DNA of 64,000 bases, taken from the IMG/VR virus record IMGVR_UViG_3300045988_110026; one strand, given 5' to 3'. This document shows positions 20,035-28,698 of the stretch, piece by piece. The DNA comes from a virus. Under the pieces are notes generated by a model. It ran no database searches. It saw only the letters and a list, made by a program, of their open reading frames with translations, and was not told where the DNA came from. The position numbers and the translations under genes are program-made. Position 1 is the first letter of the stretch. Each line of letters begins with the position of its first letter.

Positions 20035-20390
20035 AAGTCATTGTCTTTAAATCCTTCCGGGTAATATACGACATACTTCTTACCGTCTTCTGGTGTCATG
20101 GCAAACTGCATGTAGTTATTACGATTACGATGCTTGCCATCTAATCCTCGCTTCCAATACAGAATCCCGTCTATCTCCACATAAGACCGTCCGCGTTCGG
20201 CTCTAACTACGTCCGTGTGTAGCAGATACCCGTCGGAAGACACGATCCATACTTTATCACCTTTGTTTAAATAAGATATTCTTTTTCTTACAACAACCTT
20301 TTTCTTATTATCCAATACAAATTCCTCATCAGTCATACTCTTCATCCTCCTCTTCTTCTGTTTCAAAATCAATTCCATAACACTGATCAT
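20031..20390 (-). CDS. hypothetical protein
   Basis: 119 aa. Confidence 0.45.
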   Translation of the reverse strand: MISVMELILKQKKRRMKSMTDEEFVLDNKKKVVVRKRISYLNKGDKVWIVSSDGYLLHTDVVRAERGRSYVEIDGILYWKRGLDGKHRNRNNYMQFAMTPEDGKKYVVYYPEGFKDNDL

Positions 20391-20553
20391 AATGCTTGGT
20401 CAGTTCTTCTGGTTCTAAATCTTGTCCAAAATCCATGTTAAAAATATCGTAATTAGTAAAGCACTTAAAAGCACTGTTTCCGCCGGCAGGAAATCTATGA
20501 ATGCTGCTTTTATTTCTTCAATTAGGCCCAAGTGTAACCTTGGGCCATTGTAT

Positions 20554-22254
20554 TTATTTTTTGTCATCTCCCTTTAACTTCTTTAAAGTATCTGCAATCG
20601 GAAGCTGATCAATGACTCCCAATGCCGGAGCGACGGTCTTGACAACATTGTTAAGGAAATTACCGGTACTGTTCTGACCGCCGTCAAATACCGTGATATT
20701 TCCGAGGTTAATGTGCTCAAATGCCTTAACCTGTTCTCCGGCAATTTCTTTCCACTGATTAACCATCTTGTACTGGATGGCGATCTGAGGATTGGATTCT
20801 GCTGCTTCCACCATAGCCTTAAATCCGTCGGCTTCTGCCATCAACGATTTTTTCTTACCTTCGGCTTCTGCCTCCAGCTTCATCTGAATAGCTTTTGCCT
20901 CCGCCTCAGCTTTTGCCAAATGTGCTGCTGCCTCTGCCTCAGCCCGGCGTTTGATCTTCTCGGCTTCAGCATCAGCTTGCAAGATAGCCTCTTCCTTCTG
21001 GGTTTCAGCCGGCACAATCTTTTCAGCCTTAAGCGCAGCCTGAACTTTCTTAGCCTTAGCTTCTTCCACTTCTTTGTCGGCAAGCTCTTTTGCTGTTTTT
21101 ACAGCCGCTTCCGATTTAACTTTTTCTTCTCCGGCCTTCTTCTCTGATTGAGCTTTGATGATCTGTAGTTCTGATACTGATACAGCAACCTCCTTCTGGG
21201 CATTGTTGTATCCTATAGACGCATTTTTCTCAGCCTCAGCCTTCTTAATCTGAGCTTCAGAGTCTTGTATTGCTATAGCTGCTTCCTTGTCAGCTTCAGC
21301 CTTATTCTTTCCGACTTCTTCCATTCTTTCAGCCTCGGCTTTATTTACTTCAAGTTCTGCCTTAGATCTTGCGATCGCTGATTCCTTATCAGCCAAAGTC
21401 TTTGCAATAACCGCAGCCCTATCTCTATCGGCTTGAGCTACACCGATCTGTTTTTCTTTATCGGTTAAAGCCAAAGCTACTTCTTTTTCTTTCTTTGTTT
21501 CAGCTACTACCGTTTCCTTTTCTTTTTCAGTATAGGCAATTTGAATCTCTTGCTCTTTTTGGGTATTAGCTACAGCCGTTTCTTTTTCCTTTTGCTGTAC
21601 AGCAATCTTAATAGCACCCAGCTTTTCCTGTTCTTCGATATTAGCCTGTGCTTCGTTCAGGGCCTTACTTTCAGCTTCTTTGCCAAGATTCATGATATAG
21701 CCGGCTTCGTCTCTGATGTCACTGATGTTGATATTTAGGAGGTAAAGGCCTAACTTATTAAGTTCGTTATCAATGTTTTTTCTTGCCTTATCCAAAAACT
21801 CATCCCTGTCAGAATTAAGTTTTTCAATCGTCATTTCAGCAATGATCAAACGCATTTGGCCATAAACAATATCCGTAATAAGATTTTCAGTAGATTCAGT
21901 ATCCATCCCCAAAAGCCTTTCTGCTGCATTCTGCATAATTTCAGGATTTGTGCTGATTGCTACTGTAATAGTAGTAGGTACATCCACTCTGATATTTTGA
22001 GACGACAAAGCACCGGTGAGCCTACAATCTATTTGCATAGGCTCCATAGACAAAATATCATAGCTTTGAATAATAGGCAAGACGAATGCCGCTCCACCAT
22101 GATATAATTTCGCCGATTTCTTTTCCCCACCTGTCTTACCATAAACGACCAAGACTTGGTTAGGCTTACATCTACGATACCTTGATAAGACTCCGATGAT
22201 TGTCAAAATAATCACTACAGCTAAAATAGCTGACACGTACATGATTGTTGTCAT
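20554..22254 (-). CDS. flotillin-like SPFH/band-7 protein (FloT/YuaG-like)
   Basis: N-terminal TM helix, SPFH core (VVYGKTGG...GAAFVLPIIQ...), then ~250 aa of EA/KE-rich flotillin-type coiled-coil repeats. Confidence 0.8.
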   Translation of the reverse strand: MTTIMYVSAILAVVIILTIIGVLSRYRRCKPNQVLVVYGKTGGEKKSAKLYHGGAAFVLPIIQSYDILSMEPMQIDCRLTGALSSQNIRVDVPTTITVAISTNPEIMQNAAERLLGMDTESTENLITDIVYGQMRLIIAEMTIEKLNSDRDEFLDKARKNIDNELNKLGLYLLNINISDIRDEAGYIMNLGKEAESKALNEAQANIEEQEKLGAIKIAVQQKEKETAVANTQKEQEIQIAYTEKEKETVVAETKKEKEVALALTDKEKQIGVAQADRDRAAVIAKTLADKESAIARSKAELEVNKAEAERMEEVGKNKAEADKEAAIAIQDSEAQIKKAEAEKNASIGYNNAQKEVAVSVSELQIIKAQSEKKAGEEKVKSEAAVKTAKELADKEVEEAKAKKVQAALKAEKIVPAETQKEEAILQADAEAEKIKRRAEAEAAAHLAKAEAEAKAIQMKLEAEAEGKKKSLMAEADGFKAMVEAAESNPQIAIQYKMVNQWKEIAGEQVKAFEHINLGNITVFDGGQNSTGNFLNNVVKTVAPALGVIDQLPIADTLKKLKGDDKK

Positions 22255-22286
22255 AACTTTTAAAATTTAATTGTTGATAAAAAAAA

Positions 22287-22781
22287 TTAGATGCTTAATT
22301 CTCCTTCTTCGTATTTTATATTCACCTTGTCACCGTTTTTGTAATTTTTTCCAGACAAGCATCTTACTCTCATTTGCTCTTGTCTTCCATTTTTCGAAAT
22401 ATTTACCATATAATGATTCTTCCCTGATCTAAACACTATCTCCACCTCTCTGCCATTTAAATCTTCCGGACATTCGTACACCATTTCTTGCTTTAACTTA
22501 AGAAGTAACTTATATACATAAAACAAAACGATAAAGAAAAACGACCCTATTACGATCCCTACTAAATGGGAACCCGAAAAGTATGTGGTCCAGCTATATC
22601 CAAGAATAAAATGTGTTATGCCCTTGAATGATATGATGTCCGACAAAGACATGCTTAAATCAGAAGCGCTGTTAATGTCAATATCCGTATCCAGATCAGA
22701 TCCTAATATCGACAACAAAAACTGTATAACAAAAGCAAATGACGCTATTAAAGCCATGCATAAAATTATATCACTTCCCAT
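22287..22781 (-). CDS. NfeD-like membrane protein (YuaF/YqiJ-like)
   Basis: Hydrophobic N-terminal half plus C-terminal beta-rich OB-like segment (GREVEIVFRSGKNHYMVNI...). Sits immediately upstream of the flotillin gene, as in NfeD-SPFH operons. Confidence 0.65.
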   Translation of the reverse strand: MGSDIILCMALIASFAFVIQFLLSILGSDLDTDIDINSASDLSMSLSDIISFKGITHFILGYSWTTYFSGSHLVGIVIGSFFFIVLFYVYKLLLKLKQEMVYECPEDLNGREVEIVFRSGKNHYMVNISKNGRQEQMRVRCLSGKNYKNGDKVNIKYEEGELSI

Positions 22782-23022
22782 ACCCTTCTGTTATTATTTT
22801 GTAAACAAGATCAGTCATATCTTTGATGGTCTCCATATCATAATCAATAATAACAATATTGAATTTTTGTTCCACCATCACATCAAGCTCAATCCGATCA
22901 ATAAAATCTAATCCAAGTTCTTTAAACGACACATCTTCTTCATGAACTATATCTATTTCCGAATTAAGAAACTGAGTAATAATTATATCCTCTATTATCT
23001 TTCTGATTCTTACTTTTTCCAT
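22771..23022 (-). CDS. acyl-carrier-protein-like protein; phosphopantetheine Ser replaced by Phe
   Basis: SFKELGLDFIDRIELDVMVEQKFNIVI aligns with ACP [28 protein letters not shown]. The DSL Ser corresponds to F here. Confidence 0.6.
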   Translation of the reverse strand: MEKVRIRKIIEDIIITQFLNSEIDIVHEEDVSFKELGLDFIDRIELDVMVEQKFNIVIIDYDMETIKDMTDLVYKIITEGYGK

Positions 23023-23723
23023 TGCTTTCTAATTTTGTTAAATAAGTATGTTTTTATGTTTTTCAATCTCTCTTTGTCTGTTTCAGAACTTCCGGTAAAT
23101 AAATAATCCGGATTGCCTTTAGCCGGCGGCGTAGGCAATTTAGATACGGCAAACAACCAATCCATTTCCTTATTCTTCTTAGGCTCCAAATAAGGCTCGG
23201 TAGCGATCTTAAATTTTTCAGCTATTAAGTCAAAGAGCTTTGAATTTTTAAGGTTCATATGAACTGAAAAAGCTTGAGAAGGTGGTTTCCATATGAAGTT
23301 ACATAAGCTCATTGTATAATCTCCTGACTCTGCTATATAAGATTCCGTTACCTGAAGTATGACCTCTTTCTTGAATGAGGTGTTACCCATAAACCAACAC
23401 AATCTGGATTCTGCTTCTTTTCTGCTGACACCTATGTCTTTTGAATATGATTCGTACATTCCTATCATAATCTTCAACGTTTCCAGAACCTCGTCTGTCA
23501 TTTCCGGTGTCTCTATATAATTCACAAAAGACGTTCCCTTGTTGGTCAATCTCATCACGCCTGATTTTAATTTCTCAACCAGGCCAAGCTCTATATACCT
23601 CCCAGCATCTTCTTCCGGCATGGCTTCGATCATAACCGAATCCTTCTGTCTTATGGCAAGAAGATTGGCAAGATCATTAGGAGTCATGTCTGATGCTGCA
23701 AGTTGTCTGAAATTGATGTACAT
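23010..23723 (-). CDS. hypothetical protein
   Basis: 237 aa. Confidence 0.5.
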   Translation of the reverse strand: MYINFRQLAASDMTPNDLANLLAIRQKDSVMIEAMPEEDAGRYIELGLVEKLKSGVMRLTNKGTSFVNYIETPEMTDEVLETLKIMIGMYESYSKDIGVSRKEAESRLCWFMGNTSFKKEVILQVTESYIAESGDYTMSLCNFIWKPPSQAFSVHMNLKNSKLFDLIAEKFKIATEPYLEPKKNKEMDWLFAVSKLPTPPAKGNPDYLFTGSSETDKERLKNIKTYLFNKIRKQWKK

Positions 23724-23725
23724 TC

Positions 23726-23923
23726 TTAATCAGCTTTAATAAAAATAACATTCTTGTTATCTTGTCTATCAACATGTCCACATGGACCAATAATTATGTC
23801 TGTACATGAACAAGAATCGTAATCTTCGAATATACACCTATCGCATTTATCACCTTCCACACATTTTAATCTTACAAGTCCGGCAGTAAATACTTCTCCT
23901 ACTTTAAATTCCTTCTTTTCCAT
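23726..23923 (-). CDS. small Cys-rich protein
   Basis: 65 aa, 8 Cys. Confidence 0.4.
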   Translation of the reverse strand: MEKKEFKVGEVFTAGLVRLKCVEGDKCDRCIFEDYDSCSCTDIIIGPCGHVDRQDNKNVIFIKAD

Positions 23924-23938
23924 ATTCCCTCCTTGTTT

Positions 23939-24541
23939 TTAACTGTTGTACCCTTCTTTAATAATCGAATTTCTACCGGTAGATACCGACTGTCGAAGAT
24001 CGTCATGTACAGAATCTACCGTAGAATACTTGTTTCTGGTTGTAAAAATCACTTCCAGCATCTCCTTGTAATCACCTAAAGCTACTTCGTATCTCGGATC
24101 TACTTTGGCTTTTCTTTCGGCCTCGGCATTACTTTTAGCCAGTTCTCGGTCGAGGAGGTCTTCTTTGATTCGGTCAGCAATCATATCAAGTTCTTTTTTA
24201 ATAACTTCTCCTGCTGCCCGAAGTTGACCTTCTACGTCACCAAGCTGGTCTTGGACGGTTCCTATTTCTTTCTTTAAACGATCGTATTCGTTAATCATAC
24301 CCATATCACCTGCATATCCGGAAAAGTCCTTGATTATTCTGGTTCCTTCTTTAAGGAGCTCAATGACTCGTCTTTTACGTTCTCTGCTTATTAAAGACGG
24401 AAGACGATAATTCATATCCGCCACCGCCTTATCATGTATGGAGTTGATTAAAAACATCTCTCTTTCATCTCCTGCAAACTCAGTAAGAACCAAAAGGAAC
24501 TTACTTATCAGGTATTCGTTTTCTTCTACTGTTAGTCTCAT
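23939..24541 (-). CDS. hypothetical coiled-coil protein
   Basis: 200 aa. Confidence 0.5.
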   Translation of the reverse strand: MRLTVEENEYLISKFLLVLTEFAGDEREMFLINSIHDKAVADMNYRLPSLISRERKRRVIELLKEGTRIIKDFSGYAGDMGMINEYDRLKKEIGTVQDQLGDVEGQLRAAGEVIKKELDMIADRIKEDLLDRELAKSNAEAERKAKVDPRYEVALGDYKEMLEVIFTTRNKYSTVDSVHDDLRQSVSTGRNSIIKEGYNS

Positions 24542-24556
24542 GGTTCTTATTTTTTT

Positions 24557-25690
24557 TTAATACAATGACTGTTCTTCTCTTGTCTCTTGTTCTTGTTCCT
24601 GATTGTCCGTAACATCTTCCACAGTATAGAGCTTGGGCGGCGTCGGCGGCTGGTTGGGGTTCACGAACTTCGTCCCTCCCTCCCCGTACATCCATCCATG
24701 TCCCGGCAGTATCTCTGGGTGGATTGTATTAGTAAGCTCTTCCATACTAACTTGCCTTACCTTCAGTATATGATGAAACACCAGTCCGGCTGTCCTGAAT
24801 GATGTTTTGTTTTCAGTTTTAAACCTATCAAGAGTCTGATACCAATCTTTCCCAAATATCATATACTTATCCAGCCCGTACCTACGAGGATTGTGCAAAC
24901 CTATCATTAACGTACATAACTGACCCAGCGTATCAGACTGGTAAAAATCAGAAAGACGCGGAGGCTGTTCTTGTGGGCTTTTTATCCTTCCTTCTATCTC
25001 TCTGTTGAATTGGGATATGATGAGGAAAAATATGTTTTTATATACTAATTTAGCCTCGTTCATAACCGCCACCAAATCATCTATAGCCGACTTAGGATCT
25101 AACCCCATTCTTTTTATCAAAGCAATATGATCGACTTTAAATATTATAAGACGTTTGTCTTTGTGCTTGGTAGCTATATGATACACAGCCGCCTCAAACT
25201 CTTTTACCGTACACGGAGCATCGATGTATATTATATTATTCCTGATTTCACCTTGAAGGATTTCAAACATCCTCATCTCTTCTACTGTATTAGAATCTTG
25301 CCTTCTTAATATTTCAGGAGCTCGCTTTTTCATATCCTGGCTCATTCTGCGAAGAAGAAGATCTTGAGGATTCATTTCGAACTCGCAATTAACAAGAAAA
25401 TAATCTTCTGCTTGCGGGTTGATCATCGGATTCATCACATTTTCCAATATCTTTTGGGCCACATACGATTTACCTACAGATGGCCGGGCTCCTATGGCAA
25501 TAGCGTGCTGAGGAAAAATACCTCCAAGCAAAGCCTCATCAATATAATCGTATCCGGTTTTAGCGGGGATAAGCTCTCCCCGCCTGTATTTCAAGATATT
25601 CTCATACGCCTCTTCCATAACCTGTTTAGAGGTTTTGAATATCCTTCTTATATCTATTTTATTTTTCAGATCCTCTTGCATTTTTGTCAC
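24557..25690 (-). CDS. DnaB-family replicative helicase (RecA-fold domain)
   Basis: GYDYIDEALLGGI...IAIGARPSVGKS (H1 / Walker A), IFKVDHIALI (Walker B), ISQFNRE (SQLNR-like). Confidence 0.8.
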   Translation of the reverse strand: MTKMQEDLKNKIDIRRIFKTSKQVMEEAYENILKYRRGELIPAKTGYDYIDEALLGGIFPQHAIAIGARPSVGKSYVAQKILENVMNPMINPQAEDYFLVNCEFEMNPQDLLLRRMSQDMKKRAPEILRRQDSNTVEEMRMFEILQGEIRNNIIYIDAPCTVKEFEAAVYHIATKHKDKRLIIFKVDHIALIKRMGLDPKSAIDDLVAVMNEAKLVYKNIFFLIISQFNREIEGRIKSPQEQPPRLSDFYQSDTLGQLCTLMIGLHNPRRYGLDKYMIFGKDWYQTLDRFKTENKTSFRTAGLVFHHILKVRQVSMEELTNTIHPEILPGHGWMYGEGGTKFVNPNQPPTPPKLYTVEDVTDNQEQEQETREEQSLY

Positions 25691-25937
25691 CTTTCGTATC
25701 CGATTTGGATCCCCTATTAGCTTTTACTGATTTATACCTAAGACCGTTCTTGGTATGAGAACAATCCTTTCCTTTTCTCCAGCCCTTACCCTTCTTCTTG
25801 TCCGTTTCGTAGTTTTTACGACCAAGCTCTCGGCGTTTGGCTTTCTGTTCCGGTCTGGCATTTATCTCCTTGTCCTTTTTAGCCTTTTTCTTCCTGGCTT
25901 CGGGATGAGTCCTGTAGTACTCTGTTGATCTGCCCAT
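25659..25937 (-). CDS. highly basic Lys/Arg-rich small protein
   Basis: 92 aa, about 35% K+R; 3' end overlaps the dnaB-like start by 32 bp. Confidence 0.4.
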   Translation of the reverse strand: MGRSTEYYRTHPEARKKKAKKDKEINARPEQKAKRRELGRKNYETDKKKGKGWRKGKDCSHTKNGLRYKSVKANRGSKSDTKGDKNARGSEK

Positions 25938-25988
25938 ATGCTTATATTTTTTTGATTAATAATAGCACAAAGATAGGCAATTCGCGCC

Positions 25989-26555
25989 CTATTTCAACCT
26001 GCCGTAGCTCATATCAGGATCACACCAGACATATCCGTCTTTCTCATCATGAAGATACTCAGGACATCCTCTACATGCGCTACTGCCTGACACTATTTGA
26101 TTGTTTTTATTAGGGCACTTATCTCCAGGTTTATGCCATTCTATTCTCGAACCTGATCGTTCTTTGTTTACATGACAGAACTGAAAGATTTTTCCCATCG
26201 TCTTCTCGCCGAACATACCTATATGTGTGTATTCTTCCGGTATAGAGAGAAATTCAGATAAATCTTTATACATCCTTTTCCGTTCCTCCGGCGTAGACCA
26301 TAGTCTGTCAAGTTCGGCATGGACTCTTATCTTAAGAGATCTCAGTGATGGCCCCGCAAGCCGGCCTTTAGCTTTTCCCTTATTCGGCCCTGATTCATGA
26401 ACACCGACATAAGCGTTGCATGGTTTGCACATCATAACCATCCCTAAGCCTTTTCTGCTATATATTTTATCGGCATTTACCAGCTCAGTTTCTCTTCCGC
26501 AATAAGGACAAATTTCGCCTCTTAAAACCCGTTGTTGGCGCTCATTAAGTTCCAT
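25989..26555 (-). CDS. zinc-ribbon protein
   Basis: CPYCG...CKPCN. Confidence 0.5.
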   Translation of the reverse strand: MELNERQQRVLRGEICPYCGRETELVNADKIYSRKGLGMVMMCKPCNAYVGVHESGPNKGKAKGRLAGPSLRSLKIRVHAELDRLWSTPEERKRMYKDLSEFLSIPEEYTHIGMFGEKTMGKIFQFCHVNKERSGSRIEWHKPGDKCPNKNNQIVSGSSACRGCPEYLHDEKDGYVWCDPDMSYGRLK

Positions 26556-26797
26556 ACCCTATTCTTTTGTTTTTCTTTAAACTTTTCATACAAACTGCTT
26601 TCAGTTTCCATTTCTGAGATCTCTACCTCTACGTCCTCTCTTTTGAAAATTACTTTCTTGGCTGTCGGATACGCGCATTTAGAGATACGAATAGCATTAC
26701 GAATAGCGTAAACAAAATACGTTTCTGGTGACGATTCGATCACCACTACCTCGTTTAAAGTGTTTTTGTAATTTTCCATATTATCTGCTTGCTTCAA
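26522..26797 (-). CDS. hypothetical protein
   Basis: 91 aa. Confidence 0.4.
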   Translation of the reverse strand: MKQADNMENYKNTLNEVVVIESSPETYFVYAIRNAIRISKCAYPTAKKVIFKREDVEVEISEMETESSLYEKFKEKQKNRVWNLMSANNGF

Positions 26798-27134
26798 TTA
26801 TATAACCTGGATTATCTTCACACGCCTCTTTATATTCGATAAGAAACTTAAGAAATGAATCATAAGACCCCCATCCGTTTTCCGGCTCGTATCTCAAAAG
26901 ACTTTTTCTCTTAGAGATCATAATACATATACCTTTTGTAAGTACATTCTTCATCTCATTGGTATATATTTCTTTATACAATTCTTCTGGTCTCCAAACA
27001 TAATCGTACAGCGTTTCTTTATTTTCCGATACGAATATTCTTTGTGCCATCTTGTTCATGTTGTGGGTGATGTTTGCAACCCATTCACGATCCTCTTCTT
27101 TCTTCTTGTTCTTAATATAAACATCCAGGCTCAT
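26781..27134 (-). CDS. hypothetical protein
   Basis: 117 aa. Confidence 0.45.
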   Translation of the reverse strand: MSLDVYIKNKKKEEDREWVANITHNMNKMAQRIFVSENKETLYDYVWRPEELYKEIYTNEMKNVLTKGICIMISKRKSLLRYEPENGWGSYDSFLKFLIEYKEACEDNPGYIIEASR

Positions 27135-28125
27135 GATATTTCTCTTTTACCTTGTTATTAATTATCAAATCTGCCACATCATCTCCGTCTCCTACATTTT
27201 CAACATTTTGAAGATAGTCTGATACTTTTATCCTTGACTTCATCATCATCCCATCTATCTTTTTACTCCATGTCTCAAATGCTTGTCCTTTGTCCGGAAA
27301 AGCTACAGTCTTTCTATCTTTTAAAACATCTATCACTTCCGGCCTTAGATTCTGCAACCCTCCGGTGGCCACAAATAATTCATCTGGTTTATTCACAGCG
27401 CATATAATAGCCGTCTTTTCTGATTCCACCAGATTAACCACCTTATCCGGATACTGGCTTAGAAGATGCTCTCCGAACAGGCATTGTCTAAACAAGAAGT
27501 CTCTTGCATGCAACGAGTGATAAAACATAACATGAGGTCGTTCATTGTCACCTTCTTTTTCCTTCACTCTTTTTACATCAATCTCATTACCCTGGCTGTC
27601 GGTCTTTATATAAAAGTCCATGATTTTGCCAGTTCTACATACAAAATCCTTATCTATCTGCCAGAATATACAACACCCTTTCCATCCCCATAAGTCCATT
27701 GTTCCGACATGATATCTTCTAAACACGTCAGATACCCTTTCTTTTCCCCATAGAGACGATAAAAACCTAAACACAGTATTTCTATCATCTGGAACCACAG
27801 TCCTCTCAAACTCGCTAAAAGGTATGTAATTTACAACATCAGGATTTACAGGAGGGCGATAAGCTCTTATACACTTATTCCCAGAAATCCAAAGATCTTT
27901 GTCGCCCACATCCTTGCCGGTAGGCCGTTTGTCATAACCGCAAGTCCGTTCATGATCACATCTTCCGAACTCGTTTCCAACAACCTGACCTGTTGCCACA
28001 TCAATATAAGGAGTGAGGCACCGGCTTTTTCCGCAAGCCGGGCAGGTTAGCTTCAGTCGGCTCCTGCCCGGCCTGCGGTCAAGTTGAAACCGAGGTACGT
28101 TTTCGTATTTTCTAAAATCAAGCAT
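27112..28125 (-). CDS. DNA primase (Zn-ribbon + TOPRIM)
   Basis: CPACGKSRC...CDHERTC zinc ribbon; TOPRIM Glu (LVESEKTAIICA) and DGDD acidic motif. Confidence 0.75.
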   Translation of the reverse strand: MLDFRKYENVPRFQLDRRPGRSRLKLTCPACGKSRCLTPYIDVATGQVVGNEFGRCDHERTCGYDKRPTGKDVGDKDLWISGNKCIRAYRPPVNPDVVNYIPFSEFERTVVPDDRNTVFRFLSSLWGKERVSDVFRRYHVGTMDLWGWKGCCIFWQIDKDFVCRTGKIMDFYIKTDSQGNEIDVKRVKEKEGDNERPHVMFYHSLHARDFLFRQCLFGEHLLSQYPDKVVNLVESEKTAIICAVNKPDELFVATGGLQNLRPEVIDVLKDRKTVAFPDKGQAFETWSKKIDGMMMKSRIKVSDYLQNVENVGDGDDVADLIINNKVKEKYHEPGCLY

Positions 28126-28468
28126 TTTTAACTCCTCTCATCGCCTCTATGATTCTATCTGCTATAGTTATAGACCATGACACCACATCTGGTACATATA
28201 CTCCGCAATCTATTTCACCTTTTCTATTTTGTGCTTTAACAAACTCAATAGAATAAGCCTTGATAAGATCGAATCTACGTTGCTCCCAGTCTACATCTTT
28301 GTTTTCGTCATTTACAGGAAGGGTATCGAGATAAAAATTTAAACTCTCACTTATCACATTCCCATTATCACCATAGAACTGTATTCTGTCATGGTCGCTT
28401 CTTGTAGTTGAGCTACTGAAAGTGATTACGTCTATTATCTCTCCTGTTCTTCTAATTTTTCTTTTCAT
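28118..28468 (-). CDS. hypothetical protein
   Basis: 116 aa. Confidence 0.45.
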   Translation of the reverse strand: MKRKIRRTGEIIDVITFSSSTTRSDHDRIQFYGDNGNVISESLNFYLDTLPVNDENKDVDWEQRRFDLIKAYSIEFVKAQNRKGEIDCGVYVPDVVSWSITIADRIIEAMRGVKNA

Positions 28469-28698
28469 ACTCTTCTTGTATTTCTGACCAATATAGGCAT
28501 TATTATTTCGATGGTCTTGCCATATTTCTTATGAGATGCAAGTACACATATTGCATATTTATCTCCTATTTTCAAATCTTTCGATAATCTTAATCTCGAA
28601 CCCCTTTTGATGTTAATAAAATAATAACCAAAAGGATTGATGCATATCGGTTTTACGATTTCTATATAATCTCCTTCAGGAATAACAATATCGTTCAT
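28465..28698 (-). CDS. hypothetical protein
   Basis: 77 aa. Confidence 0.4.
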   Translation of the reverse strand: MNDIVIPEGDYIEIVKPICINPFGYYFINIKRGSRLRLSKDLKIGDKYAICVLASHKKYGKTIEIIMPILVRNTRRV

